Shown in pieces: positions 38,914 through 49,810 of a stretch of DNA of 64,000 nucleotides. The position numbers and the translations under genes are program-made. Position 1 is the first letter of the stretch. Each line of letters starts with the position of its first letter. The notes beneath the pieces are model-generated. The model was not told where the DNA came from, searched no databases, and saw only the letters and a list, made by a program, of their open reading frames with translations. Source of the stretch: Dongiaceae bacterium (GTDB lineage: Bacteria > Pseudomonadota > Alphaproteobacteria > Dongiales > Dongiaceae); NCBI GenBank assembly GCA_041398065.1, contig JAWKVL010000019.1:5176-69175 (forward strand), written 5' to 3'.

Positions 38914-40014
38914 ATGAGCATCGACAGACGAGTCTTTCTGAAAACTGGTGTTGCGCTCTCCGCACTCTCCGTGGTGCCTCGGTCATGGGCGGCAGGTGGC
39001 TTCGCGCCGCAGCCCGGCACTTGGCGCCGATTCGAGCTGCGGACACGGATCGATATCAAGGACCCCGCAGGGTCGACGCAGGCGTGGATTCCAATCCCGT
39101 CCGTCAACGAGGCCGGCTGGATCCGGCCGGAACGAAGCGAATGGTCGACCAACGCCAGCGCGGCATCGCTCACCCAGGATCCGAAATACGGCGCGCAGAT
39201 GCTTCATGTGACATGGGCGGCCGATGAGAAGGCGCCGGTTGTGGAGCTTACCAGCCGGGTTTCGACACAGGACCGCGCGACTGATTTCGACAAGCCCGGC
39301 GCTGGCGCAAGTCTGTCTGGCGCCGAACGGGCGTTCTATACCGAAGGCACCGCCCTTATTCCGGTGGACGGACTGGTGAAACAGACATCCGACACGATCG
39401 TATCCGGGCTGGATTCGGACATCGACAAGGCACGTGCCATCTACGAGTGGATCGTCGAGAACACGTTCCGCGATGCCAAGGTGCGTGGCTGCGGCCGCGG
39501 CGACATCGCCGCGATGCTGAGTTTGAACAATCTCGGCGGCAAGTGCGCCGATCTCAATGCGCTCTATGTCGGCCTGGCGCGCGCCGCCGGCCTGCCGGCG
39601 CGCGACCTCTATGGTATCCGCGTCGCGCCGTCCAAGTTCGGCTATCAGAGCCTGGGTGCGAAGTCGGAGATCGTGACCAAGGCCCAGCATTGCCGCGCCG
39701 AAGTGTTCCTGGCGGATTTCGGTTGGATCCCGGTCGACCCAGCAGACGTGCGCAAGGTCGTGCTTGAGGAGCCGCCTGGAAACCTTTCGCTCGACGACAC
39801 CAAGGTTGTTGACGCCCGCAAGACCCTGTTCGGATCATGGGAAGGAAACTGGCTTGCCTACAATGTGGCCCACGACGTCGCACTCCCCGGGAGCACGGAG
39901 GCGCCGATCGGTTTCCTGATGTATCCGCAGGCGGAAACCGGATCGCACCAGCTGGATTGCCTCGACCCGGACAAGTTCAGCTACGTCATCACCGCCAAGG
40001 AATTGACCGCTTGA
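38914..40014 (+). CDS. Tat-exported transglutaminase-like protein
   Basis: GGAGG RBS, MSIDRRVFLK Tat motif, Cys-His-Asp triad GGKCADLN / QHCRAE / WIPVDPAD. Confidence 0.9.
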   Translation: MSIDRRVFLKTGVALSALSVVPRSWAAGGFAPQPGTWRRFELRTRIDIKDPAGSTQAWIPIPSVNEAGWIRPERSEWSTNASAASLTQDPKYGAQMLHVTWAADEKAPVVELTSRVSTQDRATDFDKPGAGASLSGAERAFYTEGTALIPVDGLVKQTSDTIVSGLDSDIDKARAIYEWIVENTFRDAKVRGCGRGDIAAMLSLNNLGGKCADLNALYVGLARAAGLPARDLYGIRVAPSKFGYQSLGAKSEIVTKAQHCRAEVFLADFGWIPVDPADVRKVVLEEPPGNLSLDDTKVVDARKTLFGSWEGNWLAYNVAHDVALPGSTEAPIGFLMYPQAETGSHQLDCLDPDKFSYVITAKELTA

Positions 40015-40063
40015 GTCAGCGTCGGCGCGCTCGCGCGCGAAATTCGAGCATCAAGCCGACATG

Positions 40064-40091
40064 ACAGCGACGCGCCGAAGCGCGTCGCTGT
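40064..40091. terminator. Hairpin between convergent genes (probable bidirectional terminator)
   Basis: ACAGCGACGCGC-CGAA-GCGCGTCGCTGT, a 12-bp stem that gives a C(UUCG)G loop on the minus strand. Confidence 0.7.
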
Positions 40092-40101
40092 TCCATCTCG
40101 A

Positions 40102-42249
40102 TCAGATCAGGCCGGCGCCGCGGGCCCACTTGTATTTGGCGCCCAGCACCGCCACGGGAATTTCCGTCGAATAAGGATAGGCGGGGACGCCGTGGTCATA
40201 GAGATATTCTGACGCCTCTTCCACCTGGACGTCACCGGCCAGCGACGCGACCACCGGCTTGTGGATGCCCTTCGCCTTCATCTCCTCGACCACCTCCGCG
40301 ACCAGCTTGGCGAATACCATCGGCGGCGTGATGATGGTGTGCCAATAGCCCAGGATGATCGAGTGGATCCGGTCATCCTCGAGACCCAGCTTGATCGTGT
40401 TCTTGTAGGTGGCGGGCGGCTCGCCGCCGGTGATGTCGACCGGGTTGCCGGCGGCTCCGAACGGCGGAATGAACTTGCGGAAGGCGGCATCGAGGTCATT
40501 CGGCATCGCCATCAGCTTCAGAGCGTTATCGACGCAGGCGTCCGAGAGCAGCACGCCCGATCCGCCGGCGCCGGTAATGATCACGACATTCTCGCCCTTG
40601 GGCGTGGGCAGCACGGGAATGCCGCGCGCGAACTCGAGCATGTCACGCAGGCCCTTGGCGCGGATGACGCCAACCTGCTTGAACACGTCGTCATAGATCT
40701 TGTCGTTGCCGGCCAGCGCGCCGGTGTGTGAACTCGCCGCCTTGGCGCCGGCGGAGGTCCGGCCGGCCTTCAGCACGACCACCGGCTTCTTCTTCGAGAC
40801 CCGCCGCGCGACTTCCGCGAAGGAGCGGCCGTCCTTCAGGTCCTCGCAATGCTGCGCGATGATCTGGGTATTCTCGTCCTGCTCGAAGAAGGTCAGCAGA
40901 TCGTCCTCGTCCAGGTCGGACTTATTGCCGAGGCCGACGATCGCGGAGACGCCCATCTTGGCCGAGCGGCTGAACCCGATGATCGCCATGCCGATGCCGC
41001 CGGATTGCGAGGACAGCGCCGCCTTGCCCTTGACGTCATAGGCGGTACAGAAGGTCGCGCACAGATTCTTGTGGGTATAGTAGAAGCCGTAGATGTTCGG
41101 GCCCATCAGGCGGATGCCGTATTTGAGCCCGATCTCCTGGATCTCCTTCTGGCCTTCGACATTGCCGGTCTCCGCGAAGCCGGACGGAATGAGCACGGCG
41201 CCCGGAATCTTCTTCTCGCCGCATTCCACCAGAGCCTGTGCCACGAACTTGGCCGGGATGGCGAAGACAGCCACATCGATGACGCCTGGCACGTCCTTGA
41301 CCGACTTGTAGGCCTTGCGCCCCATGATCTCGTCGGCCTTCGGGTGGATCGGATAGATCTTTCCCTGGTAGCCGCCGTTGATCAGGTTCTTCATGACCGA
41401 ATTGCCGATCTTGCCATCTTCGGCCGAGGCGCCGATCACGGCCACCGCATCGGGCTTCATGATGCGGTTCATTTGCCGGACGATATCCTCCTGCTTCGGG
41501 CGATAGCGGCTCTCTTTCGGCGCGAAATCGACAACGATGCGCACATCCGCCGCGATGGCGCCCTTCGAGGTCGCGAACACCGGATTGAGATCCATCTCGA
41601 CGATCTCGGGGAAGTCACTGACGAGATCACCGACCCGCTGGATGATGGTGGCGATGGCGTCGCGGTTCACCGCCTCGCCGCCGCGCACGCCCTTGAGCAT
41701 CTCGGCCGCCTGGATGCTGTCGAGCATCGACAGGGCGTCTTCCTTGGTGGCCGGCGCCAGGCGGAAGGTGATGTCTTTGAGCACTTCAACCAGAACGCCG
41801 CCGAGGCCGAAAGCCACCAGCTTCCCGAAGCTGCCGTCGCTGACCGCGCCGACAATCACTTCCTGGCCGCCGGTCAGCATCTGCTGGATCTGCACGCCCT
41901 CGATCTTGGCATCCGCTTTGTACTTCTTGGCGTTTCCGAGAATGGTCTCATAGCCCTTGGCGACATCGTCAGCGCTCTTCAGCCCGACCAGGACGCCGCC
42001 GGCCTCGGTCTTGTGCAGGATGTCGGGCGAAACGATCTTCAGCACCACCGGATAGCCCATGCCCTCCGCGAGCTTGCAGGCTTCTTGGGCTGAGCGCGCG
42101 AGCCCCTCCCTGGGCACCGCAATTCCGTAGGCATCGCAAACCAGTTTGCCTTCAGGTGCGGTGAGAGCCGTGCGCCCGTCAGCCTTGACTGCGTCCAGAA
42201 CCTTGCGGACCGCGCTCTTGTCCTCGACGTTCACTGACCCATGTGCCAT
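40102..42249 (-). CDS. ADP-forming acyl-CoA synthetase (acetate--CoA ligase family), ATP-grasp domain N-terminal
   Basis: GYPVVLKIVSPDILHKTEAGGV, MDLNPV, AVAVIGAS, MGPNIYG, SQSGG, LGNKSD, phospho-His SSHTGALAG, NPVDITG. Confidence 0.9.
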   Translation of the reverse strand: MAHGSVNVEDKSAVRKVLDAVKADGRTALTAPEGKLVCDAYGIAVPREGLARSAQEACKLAEGMGYPVVLKIVSPDILHKTEAGGVLVGLKSADDVAKGYETILGNAKKYKADAKIEGVQIQQMLTGGQEVIVGAVSDGSFGKLVAFGLGGVLVEVLKDITFRLAPATKEDALSMLDSIQAAEMLKGVRGGEAVNRDAIATIIQRVGDLVSDFPEIVEMDLNPVFATSKGAIAADVRIVVDFAPKESRYRPKQEDIVRQMNRIMKPDAVAVIGASAEDGKIGNSVMKNLINGGYQGKIYPIHPKADEIMGRKAYKSVKDVPGVIDVAVFAIPAKFVAQALVECGEKKIPGAVLIPSGFAETGNVEGQKEIQEIGLKYGIRLMGPNIYGFYYTHKNLCATFCTAYDVKGKAALSSQSGGIGMAIIGFSRSAKMGVSAIVGLGNKSDLDEDDLLTFFEQDENTQIIAQHCEDLKDGRSFAEVARRVSKKKPVVVLKAGRTSAGAKAASSHTGALAGNDKIYDDVFKQVGVIRAKGLRDMLEFARGIPVLPTPKGENVVIITGAGGSGVLLSDACVDNALKLMAMPNDLDAAFRKFIPPFGAAGNPVDITGGEPPATYKNTIKLGLEDDRIHSIILGYWHTIITPPMVFAKLVAEVVEEMKAKGIHKPVVASLAGDVQVEEASEYLYDHGVPAYPYSTEIPVAVLGAKYKWARGAGLI

Positions 42250-42313
42250 GAAGCCTCTCCTGAAACTGTGTCTTGCTTTGTTCGCTTCCTCGACGGAAAC
42301 AGACTCTCCCTAT

Positions 42314-42344
42314 CGCCGTCCCGGGCGTTCAACACGGGACGGCG
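42314..42344. terminator. Intergenic hairpin after frc
   Basis: CGCCGTCCCG-N11-CGGGACGGCG. Confidence 0.45.
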
Positions 42345-42370
42345 GCGTGACGCCAGATGCGCTATTCGCC

Positions 42371-43645
42371 CTACTTAGCCGCGGCGCGCCGAGGCTCCTC
42401 CAGGGCACCGGATGCCTTGATCTCGCGAATTCGCTGCTCGTCCAGCCGGAGCACCTCGCGAAGGATTTCGTCGGTGTGCTCGCCGAGCAGAGGAGACCGC
42501 GTCACCTCGGTGGGGCTGTCCGACAGCTTGATCGGATTGCCGACCGTCAGATACTTGCCGCGGGTCGGGTGATCCACTTCGACCACCGTACCGGTCTTGC
42601 GCAGGGACGGCTCCTCGAGGATCTCCTTCATCGACAGGATCGGCCCGCATGGAATGTCGAGCTCGTTGAGGATGTCCATGGCCTCGAACTTGGTCTTGGT
42701 CATGGTCCATTGCTCGATCGTGTCGAAGATGTGCTTGAGCTTCGGCAGTCGCGCCGCCGGCTTGGCGTATTCCGGATCGGTCTTCCATTCCGGCTTGCCG
42801 ATTACGTCGCAGATCTTCTCCCAGACCGGCGCCTGCGTGATGAAATAGATGTAGGCGTTGGGGTCGGTCTCCCAACCCTTGCACTTCAGGATCCATCCCG
42901 GCTGGCCACCGCCGGAATCGTTGCCAGCGCGCGGCACGGCCTCTCCAAAGGGAAGGCCTTCGCCGTGCTGGCTGTATTCCTTGAGCGGACCATGGGCCAG
43001 GCGCTGCTGATCGCGCAGCTTCACCCGGCACAGATTGAGGACGCCGTCCTGCATGGCCGCGCTCACCCGCTGACCGCGCCCGCTCATGGTGCGGTGATAC
43101 AATGCCGTGACGATGCCAAGAGCGAGATGCAGCCCGGTGCCGGAATCGCCGATCTGAGCGCCGGTGACCATCGGCGGACCGTCGCGGAATCCGGTGGTCG
43201 ACGCCGAGCCGCCCGTGCACTGGGCGACATTCTCATAGACCTTGCAGTCCTCGTACGGCCCAGGACCGAAGCCCTTGATCGAGGCCAGGATGATCTTCGG
43301 GTTCAGCTCCTGGATGCGATCCCAGGTGAAGCCCATGCGGTCCAGCGCGCCGGGGGCGAAGTTCTCAACCATCACGTCGCAGATTTTCACCAATCCCTCG
43401 AGGACCTTCTTGCCCTCCGGGTTCTTGGTGTCGAGCGTGATGGAGCGCTTGTTGTGGTTCAGCATCGTGAAATAGAGGCTGTCCACGCCAGGCACATCTT
43501 GCAGCTGGCCGCGCGTGATATCGCCGACTCCGGGCCGCTCGACCTTGATCACGTCGGCACCGAACCAGGCCAGAAGCTGGGTGCAGGTCGGTCCCGACTG
43601 AACGTGGGTGAAGTCCAGAATTTTGACGCCTTCGAGAGCCTTCAT
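42371..43645 (-). CDS. frc: Formyl-CoA:oxalate CoA-transferase
   Basis: [67 protein letters not shown]. Confidence 0.97.
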   Translation of the reverse strand: MKALEGVKILDFTHVQSGPTCTQLLAWFGADVIKVERPGVGDITRGQLQDVPGVDSLYFTMLNHNKRSITLDTKNPEGKKVLEGLVKICDVMVENFAPGALDRMGFTWDRIQELNPKIILASIKGFGPGPYEDCKVYENVAQCTGGSASTTGFRDGPPMVTGAQIGDSGTGLHLALGIVTALYHRTMSGRGQRVSAAMQDGVLNLCRVKLRDQQRLAHGPLKEYSQHGEGLPFGEAVPRAGNDSGGGQPGWILKCKGWETDPNAYIYFITQAPVWEKICDVIGKPEWKTDPEYAKPAARLPKLKHIFDTIEQWTMTKTKFEAMDILNELDIPCGPILSMKEILEEPSLRKTGTVVEVDHPTRGKYLTVGNPIKLSDSPTEVTRSPLLGEHTDEILREVLRLDEQRIREIKASGALEEPRRAAAK

Positions 43646-43678
43646 TGCATCCTCTCGTCGCTCAGAGATTGACGCCGG

Positions 43679-45442
43679 TCATGCCGGCTTTTTCTTGGAA
43701 AGTGCGCTTTGCGGATTCAGATTGCCGATGCGGCCGCTTTCGCTGCCCGCCGCCGGGTCGATCACCGCGTTGATGAGTGTCGGCTTGCCGGAATCCATCG
43801 CCTGGTCGACGGCGCGCTTCAGCTCGTCGGGCGTGGTCGCGTTGACGCCCACGCCGCCGAATGCCTCGATCATCTTGTCATAGCGCGCGCCCTTGACGAA
43901 CACGGTCGTCGCCGGATCGGAGCCGGCGGCATTGACGTCGGTGCCGCGATAGATGCCGTCATTGTTGAAGATGACGACGCAGACCGGGAGGTTGTACCGG
44001 CAGATCGTCTCGACCTCCATGCCGGAGAAACCGAAGGCGCTGTCGCCTTCGATCGCCAGCACAGGCTTGCCGGTCTCGATCGCCGCGGCGATCGCGAACC
44101 CCATGCCGATGCCCATGACGCCCCAGGTGCCGACGTCGAGGCGCTTGCGCGGCTGGTACATGTCGATGACGCCGCGCGTCAGGTCGAGCGCATTGGCGCC
44201 TTCGTTGACCAGGATCGCGTCCGGCCGCTCCTTGATCACGGTACGGAGCGCCCCCAATGCGCCATGGAAGTCCATCGGCGACCGGTTGTTCATCAAGCGC
44301 GGCGCCATCTTGGCGACGTTCTCTTCGCGCTTGGCCTTGACGGTGTTCACCCAGTCGACCGGCGCGCCCTCCCACTTGCCGCCCATGGCATCGAGCAGCG
44401 CCTGGACGCAGGAACCGATATCGCCGACCACGGGGGCCGCGATCTCCACATTACTGTCCATCTCCTTGGGTTCGATATCGACCTGGATGAACTTCCGCGG
44501 CGCATCGCCCCAGGTCTTGCCCTTGCCGTGCGAGAGCAGCCAGTTGAGACGGGCGCCGATCAGCATCACGACATCCGAATCCTTCAGCACCAGCGAACGC
44601 GCCGCGCCGGCGCATTGCGGATGCGTGTCGGGCAGCAGACCCTTGGCCATGCTCATCGGCAGGAACGGCACGCCGCTCTTCTCGACGAAATTGCGGATCG
44701 CGTCGTCCGCCTGGGCGTAGGCGGCGCCCTTGCCGAGAATGATCAGCGGCCGCTTGGCGCCCTTGAGCACGTCGAGTGCGCGCTGGATCGCCGCCGGAGC
44801 CGGAATCTGCGCCGGCGCCGCGTCGACGACCTCGACCAGCGATTTCTTGCCGGCATCGGCATTCATCACCTGCGCGAACAGCTTGGCCGGCAAATCGAGA
44901 TAGACGCCACCCGGGCGCCCGGAGACTGCTGCGCGGATGGCGCGCGCCACGCCGATCCCGATATCGGCGGCATGCAGCACGCGGAACGCCGCCTTGCACA
45001 GCGGCTTCGCGATGGCGAGCTGATCCATCTCCTCATAGTCGCCCTGCTGCAGGTCGACGACCTCGCGCTCGGACGAGCCGGAGACCAGGATCATCGGGAA
45101 GCAGTTGGTCGTGGCGTTGGCCAACGCGACCAGGCCATTGAGGAATCCCGGCGCCGAGACGGTCAGGCACACACCCGGCTTCCTGTTCAGGAAACCGGCG
45201 ATGGCCGCGGCGTTGCCGGCGTTCTGCTCATGACGGAAGGAGATGACGCGCATCCCGGAGCCTTGAGCCAAACGGCCCAGGTCCGTGATGGGGATCCCCG
45301 GCACGTTGTAGATCGTCGTGATGCCGTTCAACTTGAGCGCATCAATGACGAGGTGGAACCCGTCGGTCAGCGCCTCCGATGCGCCGGCCTCCGATGCCGC
45401 ATCCACCTTCACGGTTTCAACTTTGGCTGCAGCTTCAGCCAT
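43679..45442 (-). CDS. oxc: Oxalyl-CoA decarboxylase (ThDP)
   Basis: [42 protein letters not shown], ThDP motif [25 protein letters not shown]. Confidence 0.97.
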   Translation of the reverse strand: MAEAAAKVETVKVDAASEAGASEALTDGFHLVIDALKLNGITTIYNVPGIPITDLGRLAQGSGMRVISFRHEQNAGNAAAIAGFLNRKPGVCLTVSAPGFLNGLVALANATTNCFPMILVSGSSEREVVDLQQGDYEEMDQLAIAKPLCKAAFRVLHAADIGIGVARAIRAAVSGRPGGVYLDLPAKLFAQVMNADAGKKSLVEVVDAAPAQIPAPAAIQRALDVLKGAKRPLIILGKGAAYAQADDAIRNFVEKSGVPFLPMSMAKGLLPDTHPQCAGAARSLVLKDSDVVMLIGARLNWLLSHGKGKTWGDAPRKFIQVDIEPKEMDSNVEIAAPVVGDIGSCVQALLDAMGGKWEGAPVDWVNTVKAKREENVAKMAPRLMNNRSPMDFHGALGALRTVIKERPDAILVNEGANALDLTRGVIDMYQPRKRLDVGTWGVMGIGMGFAIAAAIETGKPVLAIEGDSAFGFSGMEVETICRYNLPVCVVIFNNDGIYRGTDVNAAGSDPATTVFVKGARYDKMIEAFGGVGVNATTPDELKRAVDQAMDSGKPTLINAVIDPAAGSESGRIGNLNPQSALSKKKPA

Positions 45443-45639
45443 CCTATTCCTCCCGCTGGACTTTTCTGTTCACGCAACCAAATCTTTGTCCCGGGAACCC
45501 GGGGTTGCCGACGTCGCTGCGACGGACACGCAACCACACTTGAGCAGAGTGATAGCACCCTGCCCTTCTCCCCCAACGCGGGTTCCTGAACCTCCGATTC
45601 CGCTTTCGCTCAGGCGGATGCGGAGAAACCCCTCACTCC

Positions 45640-46347
45640 TTAGCCCAAGAAATCTCCATGCTTCTCGACGTGCGCGCGCAGTCCGAACGTGTGCTCGCGC
45701 ACCAGCCGTTCCGCCCGGTCCGCGTCGCGCGCGAGCAGGGCTTCGATGATGTTCATGTGATCGATGATCGAGCGCTCCGCGCGATTGTCCTGTCCGATCG
45801 TCACTTTGCGGATGGCGCGCATATGGATGAAGAGGTTCTGCGACATGTCGATGATGAGGTCGCAGCCGCCGAGGCGAATGATCGCCTGATGGAACGCGAT
45901 GTTCGCATCCGAATATTCGCTGAGGTGATCGGCCGGCTTTTCGTTCTCGAAGCCGGAGAACAGCGCCTTCAGCCTCTTCAGATCCTGATCCGTTGCACTC
46001 TCGGCTGCGAGCCGGGCCGACATGCTTTCCAGCGCGGCCCAGACCGTGATCATTTCCAAGATCTCTTTTTTCGTCTTCTTGACGACGAACACACCACGGC
46101 GCGGCACGGACCGGACGAAACCTTCCTGCTCGAGCAGGGTGATCGCCTCGCGAACCGGCGTGCGGCTTACCGCAAGGTCCTGCGACAGCTGACGCTCGTC
46201 CAAGCGGATCTCGCTGGGATGAGCGTAGATGTCCATCTCCGTGATCGCCTTCTTGAGTCGCTCATAAGCCAGGTTGCGAAAACTCACTGCTGCATCGAGC
46301 GGCTGAACCCGAAGCGTCGGCGGCGAACTCGCCTGCTGCCCTTCCAC
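45640..46347 (-). CDS. GntR/FCD family regulator of the oxalate cluster
   Basis: AGGAG RBS then GTG at 46347. RLDERQLSQDLAVSRTPVREAI, NIAFHQAI, DHMNII. Confidence 0.92.
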   Translation of the reverse strand: MEGQQASSPPTLRVQPLDAAVSFRNLAYERLKKAITEMDIYAHPSEIRLDERQLSQDLAVSRTPVREAITLLEQEGFVRSVPRRGVFVVKKTKKEILEMITVWAALESMSARLAAESATDQDLKRLKALFSGFENEKPADHLSEYSDANIAFHQAIIRLGGCDLIIDMSQNLFIHMRAIRKVTIGQDNRAERSIIDHMNIIEALLARDADRAERLVREHTFGLRAHVEKHGDFLG

Positions 46348-46429
46348 GTTTGGTCTCCTTTTTCTCCTCAAGGCCGGTCGAGGCAGAATACGGAATCAGC
46401 CTTCAGCTCGCCATGGTGCATTTCGCATC

Positions 46430-46446
46430 TGATATACATTACACCA
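46430..46446. promoter_or_regulatory. Putative GntR operator upstream of gntR-oxc-frc
   Basis: TGATATACATTACACCA, a copy of the TGGTATAC-N3-ATAYCA motif. Confidence 0.55.
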
Positions 46447-46637
46447 AGTTCCAGAGCGCCGACAAGCGATTCCACCCGAGCCTCCACTTCCATGCCCTGG
46501 CCACCCACTACTCCTGGCGCCAGACGGTGACATGAACTCAATACCCAGGGCCGCATGCGGCGACCACATTTCCAGGCCGCCGCTCGCACCCGTCACTCAG
46601 CCCGAAAACCAGAATTGCGCAGACGGTCCTGGGCCGC

Positions 46638-48155
46638 CTATTCGGCGATCTGGCCTTGCGAGGCGACCGGCCGCAGCCGACGGATACCGGCGGAGATCAG
46701 CGGCCAGAACAGCATGAGCATGGCCAGACCGCAGATCGACCCGACCAGTCCGTTGGACCAGAAGATCGAGAGGCTGCCGCTCGACAGCACCATGGCGTTC
46801 CGGAAGTTGGATTCGGCCATGTCGCCGAGCACCAGCGCCAACACCAGGGGCGCCAACGGATATTGCAGCTTCTTGAAGGCATAGCCCATGACGCCGAACA
46901 CCAGCATGAAGCTGATATCCAACAGGGCATTGTTCACGGTGTAGGCGCCGATCGCACAGATCGCGACGATGACCGGGGCGATGATGCTGAACGGAATGCG
47001 CAGGATGGCCGCGAACACGGGGACCGTCGTCAACACCACGACCAGGCCGGCGATGTTTCCGATATACATGCTGGCGATCAGGCCCCAGACGAAGTCTGGC
47101 TGCTCAACGAACAGCATCGGTCCAGGCTCCAGGCCCCAGATCAGCAGTCCGCCTAGCAGCACCGCCGCAGTCGGCGAGCCGGGGATGCCCAGCGTCAGCA
47201 TTGGCAGCAGCGCGCTGGTGCCAGCGGCATGCGCCGCGGTTTCGGGGGCCACCACGCCCTCGATCTCGCCGGTTCCGAAGTGCGCGCCGCGCTTGGAGAA
47301 GCGCTTCGCCAAGCCGTAGCTCATGAATGATGCCGGCGTGGCGCCGCCCGGCGTGATGCCCATCCAGCAGCCGACGATCGCGCCGCGCAATGACGTCATC
47401 CAATATCTCGGCAAAATCGCCCAGGTCTGCAGAACGACGCGCGGATTGATCTTTGCGCTCCGCCCGCGGAAGGCGAGGCCCTCTTCCATCGTCAACAGAA
47501 TCTCGCCGATGCCGAACAGGCCGATGACGGCGACCAGGAAGTTGAAGCCGTGAAGCAGATCGTACCAGCCGAAGGTCATGCGCAGCTGGCCGGTGGTCGG
47601 ATCCTGTCCGACTGCGGCAAGCGCGAAGCCGAGCATCATTGCGGTGATCGTCTTCAGCGGCGGCTCTTTCCCCAGGCCGACGAAACTGCAGAAGGTCAAG
47701 AGCTGAACCGCAAACAACTCCGCCGGACCGAACCTGAGCGCGAACGACGCCACGATCGGGGCGAGGAAAGTCAGGATGATGACCGCAAAGAGCGCGCCGA
47801 CGAAGGACGAGGTGAAGGCGGCGGTCAGTGCCTCGCCCGCTCGTCCCTTCTGCGCCATCGGGTAGCCGTCGAAGGTCGTGGCGACGGACCACGGCTCGCC
47901 CGGAATGTTGAACAGCACCGACGTGATGGCGCCGCCGAACAACGCACCCCAGTAGATGCAGGACAGCATGATGATGGCCGAAGTCGGCGACATGCTGAAT
48001 GTGAGAGGCAACAGAATCGCAACGCCGTTGGCACCGCCCAGTCCCGGCAACACGCCGATCAGGACACCCAGAGTGATTCCGATGAACATGTACATGATGT
48101 TCATCGGATCGCCGAGGACGCTGAAACCAGCGATCAAAGAGCTCAGTGCTTCCAC
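46638..48155 (-). CDS. tctA: Tripartite tricarboxylate transporter TctA
   Basis: GVLPGLGG, ILLPLTF, NIPGEP..ATTFDGYPMAQKG, GVVAPETA, LTLGIPGSPT. Confidence 0.93.
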   Translation of the reverse strand: MEALSSLIAGFSVLGDPMNIMYMFIGITLGVLIGVLPGLGGANGVAILLPLTFSMSPTSAIIMLSCIYWGALFGGAITSVLFNIPGEPWSVATTFDGYPMAQKGRAGEALTAAFTSSFVGALFAVIILTFLAPIVASFALRFGPAELFAVQLLTFCSFVGLGKEPPLKTITAMMLGFALAAVGQDPTTGQLRMTFGWYDLLHGFNFLVAVIGLFGIGEILLTMEEGLAFRGRSAKINPRVVLQTWAILPRYWMTSLRGAIVGCWMGITPGGATPASFMSYGLAKRFSKRGAHFGTGEIEGVVAPETAAHAAGTSALLPMLTLGIPGSPTAAVLLGGLLIWGLEPGPMLFVEQPDFVWGLIASMYIGNIAGLVVVLTTVPVFAAILRIPFSIIAPVIVAICAIGAYTVNNALLDISFMLVFGVMGYAFKKLQYPLAPLVLALVLGDMAESNFRNAMVLSSGSLSIFWSNGLVGSICGLAMLMLFWPLISAGIRRLRPVASQGQIAE

Positions 48156-48194
48156 TCAAATCTCCACTGTGCGTCGGTTATTCCATTGCGCCGG

Positions 48195-48704
48195 TCAGTA
48201 GCCCAGCATGTCCTCGAGCGGCCCCTTCGGCAGCGGCACCTTGAACCAGACCTCAAACATGAAGAACAGGAACAGCGGGACGCCGACGCTGATGATGATG
48301 ATCGTGTGCCAGCGGAAACCGCCGAGCCAGCGCATGAACGCGCCGATGAACAGTGCGCTCGATATGTAGATTCCGATCACTCCGATCAGAGCGACGTAGA
48401 TTGCTGACGGCACCAGAACTTTCAGCACGTAACCGAGTTGTTCGCGGTTAACGAATGACGCGTTGCCCTTCTTCGCGCGCTTGAGCCAGGTGAACAGGAT
48501 CGTGCCGATTGACGAGGCCACGATCAGCAGTCCGGTGTAGAAGGGGAAGTAGCCTGATTTCGGGCCGTCCGCGTCCCAACCTATGCCAAGTCGAAGGCTG
48601 TCGGTGATGACCACAAGGCCGATGCCGATCAGGATCAACGCGACGACAATGTCTGCCGCCTTGATTGAGACTAGGCTTGGGCTCGATTCGTCTTCGTGCT
48701 GCAT
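48195..48704 (-). CDS. tctB: Tripartite tricarboxylate transporter TctB
   Basis: GWDADGPKSGYFPF, four TM segments, FEVWFKVPLPKG. Confidence 0.9.
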   Translation of the reverse strand: MQHEDESSPSLVSIKAADIVVALILIGIGLVVITDSLRLGIGWDADGPKSGYFPFYTGLLIVASSIGTILFTWLKRAKKGNASFVNREQLGYVLKVLVPSAIYVALIGVIGIYISSALFIGAFMRWLGGFRWHTIIIISVGVPLFLFFMFEVWFKVPLPKGPLEDMLGY

Positions 48705-48759
48705 CCGGAAATCTCCATTCGATCCGGTGGGAAACGAATTTCCCGACTGACAAGATGAG

Positions 48760-48787
48760 GGGGCCCCGGCATCGCCGCCGGAGCCCC
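48760..48787. terminator. Hairpin after tctC
   Basis: GGGGCCCCGGC-ATCGCC-GCCGGAGCCCC, an imperfect stem. Confidence 0.45.
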
Positions 48788-48796
48788 GCTATTTCG

Positions 48797-49810
48797 TCAG
48801 TTGCTCACAAAGCCCGCCTTGGTCATCAGATCCTTGTGGAGGTCTGCTGCCTTCACGAGCCAAGCGTGGAACTCGTCGCCAGACATGAAGGACTGGTTGA
48901 AGGCGCCCTTCACCATGAAGTCCTTCCACTCCTGGGTCTCGCGGACCTTCTTGAAGACGTTGACGTAGTAGTCGACGGCTTCCTGCGGCACGTCGGCCGG
49001 CATGAAGATGCCACGCAGCATGGTGTATTCGACCTTCACGCCTGCCTCTTCGCAGGTCGGGATGTCGTGCCATGACATGTCGGCCGTGATCTTGTCGGTC
49101 TGGTCGATGCGCTTGCTGTCGAACACGCACAGCGGCCGGGTATTGCCCGCCTTCCAGAACGACACCTGCTCGATCGGATTGTTCACGGTCGACTGGACGT
49201 GATTGCCGACCAGGGCCTTGGCGACGTCGCCGCCGCCCTTCTCCGCGATGTATTTGAGTTTGATGCCCGTGCCCTGCTCGAGGCCGACGGTCACGATCTG
49301 GTCTTCCTGCTTCGAGCCAGTTCCGGCCATCGCGAACTCACCGTTCGCCTTCTTGGCGGCATCGATATAGTCCTGCGCGGTCTTGTAGGGCGTATCCGAG
49401 TTGACCCACAGGACGAACTCATCAAGCGCCAGCATCGCGACCGGCGTGATGTCTTCCCAACTGAACGGAATTCCCGTCGCCAGCGGGGTGGTGAACAGAC
49501 TCGAGAGGGTGATGATGATCTTGTTCGGATTCCCCTTCGAATCCTTGACATCCAAGAAGCCCTCGCCACCCGATCCACCGGCCTTGTTCACGACGACCAA
49601 GGACTGGTCCATCAGATTGTACTTCTGGATGATGCCCTGAAGCATGCGGGCCATCTGGTCGGCGCCGCCGCCAGTGCCGGCCGGCACGACGAATTCGACC
49701 GTCTTGGTCGGCTTCCACTCAGCTTGGGCGTAGTCAACGCAGGTAATACCAACAGCGGCAGCGCCCAGCGCTGCCGGAATCAGAGTCAGAACGGACAACC
49801 TGTTTAGCAT
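48797..49810 (-). CDS. tctC: Tripartite tricarboxylate transporter binding protein TctC (Bug family)
   Basis: Signal peptide, VPAGTGGGADQMAR, VNKAGGSG, GGGDVAKALVGNHV, IPTCEEAG. Confidence 0.92.
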   Translation of the reverse strand: MLNRLSVLTLIPAALGAAAVGITCVDYAQAEWKPTKTVEFVVPAGTGGGADQMARMLQGIIQKYNLMDQSLVVVNKAGGSGGEGFLDVKDSKGNPNKIIITLSSLFTTPLATGIPFSWEDITPVAMLALDEFVLWVNSDTPYKTAQDYIDAAKKANGEFAMAGTGSKQEDQIVTVGLEQGTGIKLKYIAEKGGGDVAKALVGNHVQSTVNNPIEQVSFWKAGNTRPLCVFDSKRIDQTDKITADMSWHDIPTCEEAGVKVEYTMLRGIFMPADVPQEAVDYYVNVFKKVRETQEWKDFMVKGAFNQSFMSGDEFHAWLVKAADLHKDLMTKAGFVSN

